DNA from: Arenicellales bacterium
GTDB taxonomy: Bacteria; Pseudomonadota; Gammaproteobacteria; Arenicellales; JAJDZL01
Length of the DNA stretch: 64,000 nt
Assembly: GCA_965214785.1 (NCBI GenBank)
Contig: OZ243975.1
Span: 2,160,593-2,224,592, forward strand
Direction of reading: 5' to 3'
Position 1 is the stretch's first letter, and every line of letters starts with the position of its first letter. The position numbers and the translations under genes are program-made. The notes beneath the pieces were generated by a model, which made no database searches, was not told where the DNA came from, and was given only the letters and a program-made list of their open reading frames with translations. Positions 31,009 through 40,343 of the stretch are shown here, piece after piece.

Positions 31009-31035
31009 GGCTGCTACGAAACGCAGCTCAGTTCA
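31009..31035. repeat. Right terminal inverted repeat of the IS91-family element
   Basis: ggctgctacgaaacgcagctcagttca is the complement partner of 28433-28459. It contains the imperfect hairpin GCTGC..GCAGC. Confidence 0.7.
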
Positions 31036-31101
31036 ATATTCTTAATCAAACATGCTGGCGCATTTTCGATTAAGAACCTATACAAAAAGGAGTGAGCAAA
31101 A

Positions 31102-31620
31102 ATGTTGAACAAAGTGACAAATAACATGAGAGTTAAAGGAAACAGAATTAACCTTCAGTTTAAAGCTGTAGCTTTGTTTTCTTTGATTGTGTTAGGTTTT
31201 GTATCTCCCCCCGGGGGGACAGCATTCGCAGATGATGTAACTGTAGATCCCGGTGACGATATCAATTTTGTAATTAATCAAACTGGGGCATACAGCGTCA
31301 AATTACGCTATCACGCAAAATCTTCAGATGAATCGGCCGTAGCTGGTGTAGATTATGATAGTATCGATACGCATGTTGAGATTGCAGCTGGAACATCTCA
31401 ACTTAAAGTGGGCACAAAAACATATGAAAATTCGGATGCGGACGGTACTTTGTCATTTGATGTGCAATTTGTCAATCCCCAATACTATGACGGCTCCAAT
31501 TGGATTAACGTCCAACATCCTACTACTATCACAATGCGGTATTCTGCGACAGGTAGAATCTACTATCCCCACAATGCACCTTCTGGTGGTAGTGGTAGTG
31601 GTAGTGACGAAAATTATTAA
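31102..31620 (+). CDS. Small secreted protein with a Calx-beta-like domain
   Basis: 172 aa with a signal-like N-terminus ending ..TAFADD. ..SDESAVAGVDYDSIDTHVEIAAGTS.. fits the Calx-beta A.AG.DY motif. It has a Gly/Ser tail (SGGSGSGSDENY). The gene is AT-rich. Confidence 0.6.
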   Translation: MLNKVTNNMRVKGNRINLQFKAVALFSLIVLGFVSPPGGTAFADDVTVDPGDDINFVINQTGAYSVKLRYHAKSSDESAVAGVDYDSIDTHVEIAAGTSQLKVGTKTYENSDADGTLSFDVQFVNPQYYDGSNWINVQHPTTITMRYSATGRIYYPHNAPSGGSGSGSDENY

Positions 31621-32028
31621 GATGTGAGTGAGTTACTCGAGTTTCGGAATTCAAAATGGTCGATTCATGACGCCCGGAACCCCGATAGTTTCATGATCCT
31701 GGCTGATTGTCAGTGGTTCGAGTTGTAAAATTTGCATCAGGAATTCTTCCATTGTCTGGTCAGTCGTCTCCATCACCACTGTCGTCTGAGTTAGGCCTGG
31801 AAAAATGATGCAGCAACCTTTTACAAAAAAAGCCAATGCTTGAATAATCCAGCTAGCGCCACAGCAGGTGTAAAACACTAGGACGCTGACATCGCGGCCG
31901 GTGCGAGACAGCAGCGTTGGGATATTCAGTTGCTTCCAGATTCCGTATTACATTTATATATCAATATGTTATCCCATTCCTTCGGGAAAATATGGATCTC
32001 GAAACTCAAGTTATAAAAACACTTTAGT

Positions 32029-32937
32029 TCACGTTTGGCCAAAATTGCCACCGCATTGTTCGATTTGTTCAGCACTTAACAGCGTTACAACCGACTGCCC
32101 GCTAAGGGAAGTCAACCACAAAAACGATACGTCAGGATAGGCCTTTTCAAGCACATCAGCTGAATTGCCCAGCTCCATGACTAAATGTCCATGCGGTGAA
32201 AGGTATTCGGCGCACTGCGCAAGAATTCGATTGACGACGCCAAGGGCATCTTCACCACCGGTCAGTGCGATCTGAGGCTCGTGGTGATATTCGCGCGGCA
32301 GGTGTGGCAAATCATCGTCATTTACGTATGGTGGATTGCAAACGATCAGGTCGTAGCGTTCACCTGCCAGATTTTCGAAAAGGTCGCTTTTGACGATGCG
32401 AATTGAATCGTCGCACTGATGTCGGTCAATATTGATCTTTGCCACATCGAGCGCATTGGAGTCAATATCTGAGGCGTCGACTTGCGCATGTGGATATCTC
32501 AGTGCCATTGCGACAGCGATACAGCCACTTCCGGTACACAGGTCCAAGATTCGCCGAACTTTTTTCGCCGTTACCCAAGGCGCAAAGCCATCTTCTATCA
32601 GGTCGCCGATGTGAGAGCGAGGCACAATTGCGCGTTCATCAACATAAAACGGCAATTGGGCAAACCACGCCTCGTTGATCAGGTAAGCGAGCGGCTTGCG
32701 GGTTTGGATTCTGCGATCAATCAGATCTCGAAAATTGCGCGCAACTGCGCGGGGCACGGTCTTAAGTCGGACGGATTCGTATTCGCAACTCATCAGTCCC
32801 GAAACGTGCAGCGCAGCCCATATTGCTTCGTCGTCGGCGTTGTCGCAGCCGTGACCGCAAAACACATCCGCCGCGAGCAATTGCTGCTGCCCCCAGCGGA
32901 CACAATCGTCAATCGTTGCCAAGTGTTGCGAGTTCAT
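32029..32937 (-). CDS. prmB: 50S ribosomal protein L3 glutamine N5-methyltransferase
   Basis: I moved the start to the ATG at 32937 (MNSQHLATIDDCVRW..). ..FCGHGCDNADDEAIW.., the SAM motif LDLCTGSGCIA, and the catalytic NPPYV are present. Confidence 0.85.
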   Translation of the reverse strand: MNSQHLATIDDCVRWGQQQLLAADVFCGHGCDNADDEAIWAALHVSGLMSCEYESVRLKTVPRAVARNFRDLIDRRIQTRKPLAYLINEAWFAQLPFYVDERAIVPRSHIGDLIEDGFAPWVTAKKVRRILDLCTGSGCIAVAMALRYPHAQVDASDIDSNALDVAKINIDRHQCDDSIRIVKSDLFENLAGERYDLIVCNPPYVNDDDLPHLPREYHHEPQIALTGGEDALGVVNRILAQCAEYLSPHGHLVMELGNSADVLEKAYPDVSFLWLTSLSGQSVVTLLSAEQIEQCGGNFGQT

Positions 32938-33042
32938 GGCAAAAGAAGAGCGTAGGGCAACCGATACATGTGCCATCAGCGTGCGGCACCATCACCGCAT
33001 CACCGCGTGGTCAATAAGCTTTAAGGAAGCTTTCAGGAGAGA

Positions 33043-33249
33043 TTAAGCGCTTATGCCGTACTTTTGCTGGAATCTGCCGACACGCCCTTCGGTATCGATA
33101 ATCTTTTGTTTGCCTGTATAAAACGGATGGCAAACCGAACAGATTTCGATATTCAGACTGTCGGTCAAAGTTGAACGTGTCTCAAACGTATTGCCACAGA
33201 CGCATTTGACTTCGATGGTCGAGTATTTTGGATGAATTCCCTTTTTCAT
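33043..33249 (-). CDS. rpmE: 50S ribosomal protein L31
   Basis: [27 protein letters not shown].., 68 aa. Confidence 0.97.
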   Translation of the reverse strand: MKKGIHPKYSTIEVKCVCGNTFETRSTLTDSLNIEICSVCHPFYTGKQKIIDTEGRVGRFQQKYGISA

Positions 33250-33392
33250 GGTTTTGTCAATCTAATTTGGTGATTTGATTGGACGGTCGCAACCCAACTT
33301 AAGTTCGGCAGACCTGAAATGCAAGTTGCGAATTATACGTATAACACACGAACCTGGTTGAAGTAAAAATCCGATGTTATGTAAAACGGTAT

Positions 33393-34664
33393 TTATGATG
33401 CCCGTTTCATCGAAGCGAAAAACTCTGCATTGGTCTTTGACGTCTGCAGTCTTTCTGAAAGAAGTTCTATCGCTTCTACATCATCGTGTGAGTGAAGCAG
33501 CTTTCGAATCGCCCAAATCATTTTCAGTTCGAGTGCTTCGGTTAGCAGCTCTTCGCGCCGGGTGCCGGAACGGTTGATCATAATTGAAGGATATACGCGT
33601 TTTTCAGCAATACGACGGTCAAGGTGAATTTCCATGTTGCCGGTGCCTTTGAACTCTTCGTAAATCACATCATCCATTTTCGAGCCGGTTTCGATCAGCG
33701 CAGTGGCTAAGATAGTGATACTGCCGCCTTCTTCAATGTTGCGCGCGGCTCCGAAGAACCGTTTTGGACGTTGCAGTGCATGGGAGTCAACACCACCGGT
33801 GAGCACTTTGCCCGAGGCAGGTGCAACCGTATTGTACGCACGCGCGAGCCGGGTAATTGAATCGAGCAGGATAACAACATCACGTTTGTGCTCAACGAGC
33901 CGTTTGGCTTTTTCGATTACCATCTCAGCGACCTGTACGTGACGCGAAGCGGGCTCATCAAAAGTCGATGAGACGACTTCGCCGCGCACTGAGCGCTGCA
34001 TTTCGGTCACCTCTTCGGGCCGTTCATCGATTAGCAGCACGATCAGTTCGCATTCGGGGTGATTGGCTGTAATCGAGTGAGCGATTTGCTGCAGCATAAC
34101 CGTCTTGCCGGTTTTTGGCGCTGACACAATTAATCCGCGTTGACCTTTGCCGATCGGTGCGACCAGATCAATTATGCGGCAGGTAAGGTCTTCGGAGCTT
34201 CCATTGCCACATTCAAGGCGGATGCGTTCGTCCGGATGCAGGGGGGTTAGATTTTCAAAAAGCACCTTGTGCCTGACATTTTCAAGCGATTCATTGTTGA
34301 TCTCTTCGATTTTAAGCAGAGCGAAATACCGCTCTGAATCTTTAGGCGGGCGCACGAGTCCTGAGACGGTGTCGCCAGTTCGCAGATTGAACCGCCGGAT
34401 CTGGCTCGGTGATACGTAAATGTCATCCGGTCCGGCCAGATAAGAGCTATTTGGAGAACGAAGGAATCCGAAACCGTCTTGCAGCGCTTCCATAACGCCT
34501 TGACCGGTGATATTGCCACCGTTTCTGGCTTCTGCCTTGAGAATGGCAAAGATCTGATCTTGCTTGCGCATTCTGCCGGCTCCGTTGATATTGGCATCGC
34601 GTGCGATTTCAATTAATTCGGTCGGAGATTTTGCTTTTAGCTCGTTTAGGCTGATACTACCCAT
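33393..34664 (-). CDS. rho: Transcription termination factor Rho
   Basis: 423 aa, nearly colinear with E. coli Rho (..[13 protein letters not shown].., ..[31 protein letters not shown].., Walker A SAPKTGKT, ..RLARAYN..). Confidence 0.98.
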   Translation of the reverse strand: MGSISLNELKAKSPTELIEIARDANINGAGRMRKQDQIFAILKAEARNGGNITGQGVMEALQDGFGFLRSPNSSYLAGPDDIYVSPSQIRRFNLRTGDTVSGLVRPPKDSERYFALLKIEEINNESLENVRHKVLFENLTPLHPDERIRLECGNGSSEDLTCRIIDLVAPIGKGQRGLIVSAPKTGKTVMLQQIAHSITANHPECELIVLLIDERPEEVTEMQRSVRGEVVSSTFDEPASRHVQVAEMVIEKAKRLVEHKRDVVILLDSITRLARAYNTVAPASGKVLTGGVDSHALQRPKRFFGAARNIEEGGSITILATALIETGSKMDDVIYEEFKGTGNMEIHLDRRIAEKRVYPSIMINRSGTRREELLTEALELKMIWAIRKLLHSHDDVEAIELLSERLQTSKTNAEFFASMKRAS

Positions 34665-34856
34665 AAAATGTGCCTCGCTATGTGGCGAAAGTTGAACCTG
34701 TGTCTGACAGACACAGAATGTGAAATGCTATGAATGGTGTTGGTTTATTAGAAAGTCAGGAAAGAAGAAAAGAAAATGCGGACGAGGATAAACTACGTAC
34801 GAACAGTCTTGCATCCGCGTCGTAGCATTATATATGAATTACGATTTTAACAAGTA

Positions 34857-35183
34857 TTAAACAGCTCCGTCGATAAAACCGGTTAATTGAGACTTGGAAA
34901 CAGCACCGACTTTGGTTGCTTCAACGACGCCGTCTTTGAAAATCATTATGGTAGGAATTCCGCGAATGCCATACTTTGGCGGCGTGAGCGGATTTTCATC
35001 AATGTTTAGCTTGGCAATTTTCAGCTTGCCTGCGTATTCGGTTGCAACTTCGTCAAGCAATGGGGCGATCATTTTACAAGGCCCGCACCATTCAGCCCAG
35101 TAGTCTACCAATACGGGAACTGGTGAATTGATGACATCTTGTTCAAAACTGTCATCTGTGACATGAGTAATTGAGTTTGACAT
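34857..35183 (-). CDS. trxA: Thioredoxin 1
   Basis: 108 aa. [13 protein letters not shown] active site; ..[14 protein letters not shown]... Confidence 0.97.
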   Translation of the reverse strand: MSNSITHVTDDSFEQDVINSPVPVLVDYWAEWCGPCKMIAPLLDEVATEYAGKLKIAKLNIDENPLTPPKYGIRGIPTIMIFKDGVVEATKVGAVSKSQLTGFIDGAV

Positions 35184-35560
35184 TGTTTTTGCTTCTTGTT
35201 CGGTTATAGACGGGGGTAGATTTCCTGCAGCAGGGAAGTAGAATTATTTACAAAAAAAATAATTTTGCAAGTTTTTTTTAATTTTATTTTTGCTGAGTAT
35301 TCTCTCCAGATAGTGCCAAGTTTAGTAATTTCAAGTCAAGTCATTGAATAATATAGGATATTAGGATTAATCGTAAAATGACCTGTAACAGAGCGGCGTA
35401 TTGTACTGCGATTCAAAAAGTTTTGCCTTCGGATTCGTGCTTTGAACTTCGTTGTATCAATGAGAGGTGATGCTAATTTTTGGGGCTTATGAACACTTGC
35501 TTGCCCATTGGAATTAAACAAAGCCGAAAGTCACTTCAAATTAACTTGATTTCCACTGAA

Positions 35561-35747
35561 ATTCAATTCGCGTTGTTTTGATTTCAAGGCTTCAAAATTA
35601 TAGTCACGCCCGATCACTGATCCGGTTCAACAACATGGCGGACATTGTCATTATGTCACCTAAGTCGATGCGCGCGACCGAACAAAGTATTCAACCGGCG
35701 CAGTTTTAACCCTCCTCACATGTGAAACCGGTTCAAGTCCTCGGCAG
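35561..35747. repeat. Direct repeat copy 1 (~185 bp), upstream of the toxin-antitoxin cassette
   Basis: By eye it aligns with 36596-36780 at roughly 90 percent identity (attcaat..gcgttgttttgatttcaagg..tagtcacgcccgat..ctgatccggttcaacaacatggcgga..tatgtcacctaagtcgatgcgcgcgaccgaa..gcagttttaaccctcctcacatgt..ggttca.gtcctc). It contains the 10-bp palindrome tcacatgtga (35716-35725). Confidence 0.9.
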
Positions 35748-35937
35748 GCGCGGTCGCAAAGTACCTGAACTTTTGCTGAAACTGAATTCAAGATGAAAAT
35801 CCGGTAGAATCTGCTTTTCCTTGAATAGACAACCCGATCGTAATTTGAAAACCGAATAGAAAAATAACTCAACAACGAAACGATATAAAATTCCTTTCGT
35901 AATAATGTACTATATATGGTTCGCTATTTATGAATGA

Positions 35938-36279
35938 ATCAAAGCGATTGCCGCGCGATTCTTTGAACTGATAAGCGGTCGATCGCCAGTTTGTGAGTGG
36001 CTACTTAAGTTAACTGTGGATGAACGTAAACGAATCGGTGATGACATTCGTACAGCAGAATTTGGATGGCCTATTGGAATGCCGCTTTGCAGACCTATTC
36101 AGAGTTACAAAGGTCTGTGGGAAGTGCGCACAAACCTACGGAACAAGAAAATCGCTCGCGTCATATTTTGCATCCACAAAAGTGAAATGATACTGCTCCA
36201 CGGTTTTATCAAAAAAGCGCAGAAGACACCCAAAATTGAACTCGAAATTGCAACCAACAGAATGAGGAGTTTGAAGTGA
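35938..36279 (+). CDS. Gp49-like (DUF891) RelE/ParE-superfamily toxin; native start apparently lost or frameshifted
   Basis: The frame is open from 35938. ..ARFFELISGRSPVCEWLLKLTVDERKRIGDDIRTAEFGWPIGMPLCRPI..GLWEVRTNL..IARVIFCIHKSEMILLHGFIKKAQKTPKIELEIA.. matches the family over its full length. The first canonical in-frame start is GTG 36016, which would delete the conserved N-terminus. ATGs at 35930 and 35934 are out of frame. Confidence 0.65.
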   Translation: MKAIAARFFELISGRSPVCEWLLKLTVDERKRIGDDIRTAEFGWPIGMPLCRPIQSYKGLWEVRTNLRNKKIARVIFCIHKSEMILLHGFIKKAQKTPKIELEIATNRMRSLK

Positions 36280-36563
36280 AATACGAAAAAGGAAAACCTG
36301 GACAGTACTTTGAGGATTTTCTTATTGAACAAAACACTTACGAATCTACCACCGAACAGGCAGTGAAACGGGTCATTGCATTTCAACTGTCAGAGGAAAT
36401 CAAAAGTCTGGGCATATCCAAAACAGAGATGGCCCGACGCTTGCACACTAGCCGGTCCCAACTTGATCGATTGCTTGACCCCGAAAACGACGGCGTTACG
36501 GTTGGTGCTTTGTCACGCGCTGCAAAGGTGGTTGGACGTCATCTACGTCTCGAACTTACGTGA
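36276..36563 (+). CDS. HTH (XRE-like) antitoxin partner of the Gp49-like toxin
   Basis: 95 aa with a GTGA overlap with the toxin stop. ..AVKRVIAFQLSEEIKSLGISKTEMARRLHTSRSQLDRLLDPENDGVTVGALSRAAKVVGRHLRLEL.. is the typical partner sequence. Confidence 0.8.
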   Translation: MKYEKGKPGQYFEDFLIEQNTYESTTEQAVKRVIAFQLSEEIKSLGISKTEMARRLHTSRSQLDRLLDPENDGVTVGALSRAAKVVGRHLRLELT

Positions 36564-36595
36564 CCAATAATTTCTGGACTTAAATTGTTTTCGAT

Positions 36596-36780
36596 ATTCA
36601 ATCAGCGTTGTTTTGATTTCAAGGCCTCAAAATTTTAGTCACGCCCGATACTGATCCGGTTCAACAACATGGCGGATATTGTCTTTATGTCACCTAAGTC
36701 GATGCGCGCGACCGAATAAAGCATTCAACTGACGCAGTTTTAACCCTCCTCACATGTAAAAGAGGTTCAGGTCCTCAGGG
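36596..36780. repeat. Direct repeat copy 2 (~185 bp), downstream of the toxin-antitoxin cassette
   Basis: It is the second copy of the unit at 35561-35747, in the same orientation and 1035 bp away. It diverges at its 3' end, and there the tcacatgtga palindrome is disrupted. Confidence 0.9.
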
Positions 36781-36946
36781 GCTTGGCGTGTATGCAAACA
36801 TTGGTGCAACACACAATGATTTGTGAGCTGAATGCATCATTTCTGATATTGGAAGCAACACATATCTTTCGAAACGGACAATTTTACTGCTGACCAAGTA
36901 AGAGAATAAGGAACAGAATTCCGAAAAAAGATGACTAAATCGGAAT

Positions 36947-37066
36947 ATGAAAACGATAAAGTACGAACGGACCTGCGATATATCTCTGCCTTCGGATCAA
37001 TCCGCATTTCTTTGGGGCGCTCGACAAACCGGTAAATCGACCTTGCTTCACCAGCAATTTCCAATA
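36947..37066 (+). pseudogene. N-terminal fragment of an AAA (AAA_14/DUF4143-type) ATPase
   Basis: MKTIKYERT..SAFLWGARQTGKSTLLHQQFP.. carries the family's G.RQ.GKSTL Walker A. All similarity ends after about 40 codons; the rest of the listed ORF (to 37186) looks like random read-through. Confidence 0.4.
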
Positions 37067-37152
37067 CGAGGCAGCTGCACTGAAGTTAAGTTTCGGTATC
37101 CGCAATATAATGGACCGAATTCACACACCGAACTTGACCGAAAGCTAGCCAC

Positions 37153-37746
37153 ATGGACATTCTCCAACGTATTCAATATGTTTTGAACGAAGAAGCGCAA
37201 GCGATCAAAAACATCAGGATTACACCTGCTTTTGAACAAGCTGTGCAACTGCTGATGGGTTGCCAAGGCAAACTGCTTACTACCGGCATGGGCAAGGCCG
37301 GAATTATTGCTCACAAATTTGCGGTTACACTATGCTCAACCGGAACGCCCGCGCTCTACCTGCATCCGGGCGAAGCTGCTCACGGTGACCTGGGCGTGAT
37401 CTCCAAGGGCGATTTCTTGGTGGCGTTTTCCACCAGTGGCAAAACCCGGGAGGTAATCGAAATGCTCAGTCTGGGTGAACATATCGGTCTGGATAAAGTC
37501 ATCGGAATTACCTCACACAGCGATTCGCAGCTGCGTGAGTATTGTGACATTATTGTTGAAATGGGAGACATTGCCGAACCGTGTCCGCTCGGTCTCACAC
37601 CTTCTGCCAGTGTCGCTGTCATGAACGCTATCGCTGATGCGATTACGCTTGCTGTGATGGAACAAAAAGGCATCACGCGTCACGAGTATGGCCTGCGCCA
37701 TCACGGTGGATATCTCGGCCGCATAGCGCGTTTGGACAACGACTAA
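37153..37746 (+). CDS. SIS-domain sugar-phosphate isomerase-like protein (KpsF/GutQ N-terminal type, no CBS pair)
   Basis: 197 aa. ..GKLLTTGMGKAGIIAHKFAVTLCSTGTPALYLHPGEAAHGDLG.., ..FSTSGKTRE... Confidence 0.8.
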   Translation: MDILQRIQYVLNEEAQAIKNIRITPAFEQAVQLLMGCQGKLLTTGMGKAGIIAHKFAVTLCSTGTPALYLHPGEAAHGDLGVISKGDFLVAFSTSGKTREVIEMLSLGEHIGLDKVIGITSHSDSQLREYCDIIVEMGDIAEPCPLGLTPSASVAVMNAIADAITLAVMEQKGITRHEYGLRHHGGYLGRIARLDND

Positions 37747-37776
37747 CGCTGCCGTGCCAGACGGTGTTCGGTCAAA

Positions 37777-40071
37777 TCAACAATTTTGAATTTTTTGCCA
37801 CACCCGAAACGGTGTTGCAGGTTTTTCAAACGTAACAAACGATTCATTGCTCAACATGTCAGACAGCGCGTTGCAGATCGCGCCGGGCGCACCCAAACAG
37901 GCGACTTCCCCTGCACCCTTGACACCTAGCGCGTTTGTTTTGCACAGGGTTGGAAGTTTTTCCAGTTTTATAAATGGCAGGTCTTGTGCTCTTGGCAACT
38001 GGTAGTCCAGCAGTGACCCGCTGACAGGCTGTCCGCTTCCACTATCATCGAACTCGATAGATTCCATCAAACTGGTCCCGACCGCTTGGGCCCATGAACC
38101 GTGCAGCTGGCCGTCCGCGAGCTGTGGAAAAAGGACATTACCGAGGTCGTCGACTCCGAAAAGCGAAATAATTTGCACCACTGCGGTTTCACGGTCACAC
38201 TCAAGTTCAGCTACATAAGCACCGCATGGGTGAGTGGTTGGTGTTCCTTCAAAATTCGCCCGTGCCACACAGGCTGACTCATCTACCCGGGGCGCAGAGC
38301 TTTCATAAATATGGGTGGCAATCGCCGCAAGACTCAACTGTTTGTCGGTGCCGGGAATGGTAAACTTTCCGTCTTCATATTCGATATCTGCATGCGAGAC
38401 TTCGAAAATTTCAGCTGCTACCGCGCCTAACTGGGTCAACCACATGTTTGCGGTTCTGACAACTGTATTGCCGCTTATTGCCAGCAGCTGCGAACCGCCG
38501 GTTCCTCCACCGAGTTCGAATTTATCCGTATCACCTTGCACTACCTGTACCGAATCTGCATTGACCTGGAGTGCTTTGGCAGCAATTTGCGCCAGTGCGC
38601 TAACATGTCCTTGTCCTCCACTTTGAGAACCTGTGAAAAGCACAATGGCGCCGTCGGCGCGCAAACGCAGTTCACACACCTCTGCGGTGGATACGGACGT
38701 GGTATGCATGTACATGCCAAGTCCAATACCGCGAAGCTTTCCGTCTTGCTCGCAGTGCACGCGCCGCTTTGCAAAGCTTTTCCAGTTTGCGTATTCAAGC
38801 GCTTTGTCGACAAGCGCTTCGAAATTGCCACTGTCGATCACATGACCGTTTGGCATTGTGTACGGCAAGTCACCGGGCTGTACAAAATTCTTTCTTCGAA
38901 GTTCGATTCGATCAAGGTTCAGTTCAAAGGCAGCTTTGTCGATGAGTTGCTCGACAGTGCACACTGTTTCGGGTTTGCCGGCACCGCGGTAGGCATCAGT
39001 TGGAACTGCGTTGGTGAAATACCCCCTGCAGTGGTAATAAACAGAAGGGATTTTGTAGGTGTGGCCGGTCACCATATTTCCAAATATGGTTGGAACCGAT
39101 GGCCCAACATACGACAGGTAAGCTCCTAAGTCTGCCTTCGCATCAATACGCAGCGCCACGATTCGCCCGTTCTTGTCCAGTCCCAGCTGGGCATGGTCGC
39201 GCCGCGCACGACCTTGTGTATCAGACACAAAAGACTCGCTTCGAGTCGCAGTCCACTTTACTGGCCGTGCCAGTTTTCGAGCTGCTATCAGAACCAGAGC
39301 ATACTCCGGATAGGTAAAGATCTTCATGCCGAAACTGCCGCCGACATCGTGCGTCACCAATCGCAGTTTTTCCTGCGGGATACGTAAAACGTCTTTGGCG
39401 AGCACTCTGCGTACCGAATGTACGCCTTGTGTTTGCACTTCAAGCGTAAATTTTCCGGTTGCGCAGTCGAATTGCCCCACTGCGGCTCTCGGCTCCATCG
39501 GCACAATTGCCATTCTGGGGTGATTTGTATCAATGGATACAACGTGCGCTGCCCTGGACAAAGCGTCCTCCGTGACATCTTCGTCACCGTCACTCCAGTC
39601 GAAGCACACATTGTTTGGTGCTGACGCCCAAATTTCATTCGTCTCGTTAAAATCAAGCGCGACCGGCAGTTCGTGAAAATTGATTTCGATCATTTCAGCG
39701 GCTTGCAATGCGGTATCGAGATCTTCAGCGACAATAAATGCGACAGGCTCGCCGACGTAGCGAACGCGATCGGCCGCAAGCAGTGGCCGCGGTGGTTTGA
39801 CCATGTCTGAACCGTCTGTATTGACTAGGTTGGACACGCACGGCAAAGTACCGATTTTCTCGCGCTGCAAGTCTTCAGCGGTCAGTACACACAGAACACC
39901 TGGCAGTGCAATGGCAGCTTCAATATCGATTTTTTCAATCTGCGCGTGCGCGTACTGACAGCGCAGTACATAGCCGATACACTGATGGGCGACTGTGACA
40001 TCGTCAACAAATGTTCCGCGGCCTCGTAAAAGCCGTTCATCTTCTTTTCTTAGGTGGTGAGAATCGTTCAT
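37777..40071 (-). CDS. Xanthine dehydrogenase/CO dehydrogenase family molybdopterin-binding large subunit (CoxL form II-like)
   Basis: 764 aa. N-terminus ..RKEDERLLRGRGTFVDDV..; active-site loop ..AVPTDAYRGAGKPE.. (the AYRGAG type). No [2Fe-2S] or FAD domain is fused. Confidence 0.9.
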   Translation of the reverse strand: MNDSHHLRKEDERLLRGRGTFVDDVTVAHQCIGYVLRCQYAHAQIEKIDIEAAIALPGVLCVLTAEDLQREKIGTLPCVSNLVNTDGSDMVKPPRPLLAADRVRYVGEPVAFIVAEDLDTALQAAEMIEINFHELPVALDFNETNEIWASAPNNVCFDWSDGDEDVTEDALSRAAHVVSIDTNHPRMAIVPMEPRAAVGQFDCATGKFTLEVQTQGVHSVRRVLAKDVLRIPQEKLRLVTHDVGGSFGMKIFTYPEYALVLIAARKLARPVKWTATRSESFVSDTQGRARRDHAQLGLDKNGRIVALRIDAKADLGAYLSYVGPSVPTIFGNMVTGHTYKIPSVYYHCRGYFTNAVPTDAYRGAGKPETVCTVEQLIDKAAFELNLDRIELRRKNFVQPGDLPYTMPNGHVIDSGNFEALVDKALEYANWKSFAKRRVHCEQDGKLRGIGLGMYMHTTSVSTAEVCELRLRADGAIVLFTGSQSGGQGHVSALAQIAAKALQVNADSVQVVQGDTDKFELGGGTGGSQLLAISGNTVVRTANMWLTQLGAVAAEIFEVSHADIEYEDGKFTIPGTDKQLSLAAIATHIYESSAPRVDESACVARANFEGTPTTHPCGAYVAELECDRETAVVQIISLFGVDDLGNVLFPQLADGQLHGSWAQAVGTSLMESIEFDDSGSGQPVSGSLLDYQLPRAQDLPFIKLEKLPTLCKTNALGVKGAGEVACLGAPGAICNALSDMLSNESFVTFEKPATPFRVWQKIQNC

Positions 40072-40343
40072 CGGCTAAGCTGTGCAGGTCACAAAACGCA
40101 TGTACCACGAATTATAGAAACTATGATTGTGTATCAGGCTTGGGAAATTTTAGGGAAGCTTCTACCGACTTTGACTTGTTCAAAAAAGACTCGATTTAAT
40201 TAATGAAAACACCCTTTGCTACCGGTTTGAAATGGCGACTAAAGACAATACGGTAAACTGCTTTGTCCACACTATAGCATGCTTCGGTGTAGAATAAAGC
40301 AACGATACGAAACTGAACAACAACACACCGAAGGAGAGAGCAA

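Larger units (their letters stand above)
28433..31035 (+). mobile_element. IS91-family insertion sequence carrying a tyrosine recombinase gene upstream of the HUH-Y2 transposase
   Basis: It is bounded by imperfect terminal inverted repeats (28433-28459 vs the complement of 31009-31035; 22 of 27 positions match). It contains integrase and IS91-type transposase genes. Subterminal hairpins are present (GCTGCGttcCGCAGC 28441-28455; TTACGCAAttcaagTTGCGTAA 28565-28586). The right terminus ends ..GTTCA. Confidence 0.75.

Noticed and set aside
31651-31950. Open frame on the minus strand (..GRDVSVLVFYTCCGASWIIQALAFF..SQDHETIG..) between the Calx-beta gene and prmB
   Set aside because: It has a faint resemblance to a nucleophile-elbow (GATase1/DJ-1-like) C-terminal half. 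It lacks an N-terminal half and a credible start, and the evidence is too weak to name it. It is likely a gene fragment in the AT-rich patch.
35674-35757. tRNA-like element inside repeat copy 1 (GGTTCAAGTCC T-loop-like motif plus a 7-bp acceptor-like pairing gcgaccg/cggtcgc 84 nt apart)
   Set aside because: The putative T stem pairs at only 2 positions in copy 1. No D arm or anticodon arm can be drawn, there is no CCA or discriminator context, and the acceptor-like pairing is absent from copy 2. It is not a canonical tRNA or tRNA-Sec. It may still be an att-like or structured element (see the finding).
35561-36780. Integron cassette array, with the repeats acting as attC sites
   Set aside because: The RYYYAAC-type motifs present (GTTCAAC, ATTCAAC) are in direct rather than inverted orientation, so no R''/L''-L'/R' hairpin can be formed. 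The unit is longer than typical attC sites, and no intI gene is in the window. I keep this only as a weak analogy.
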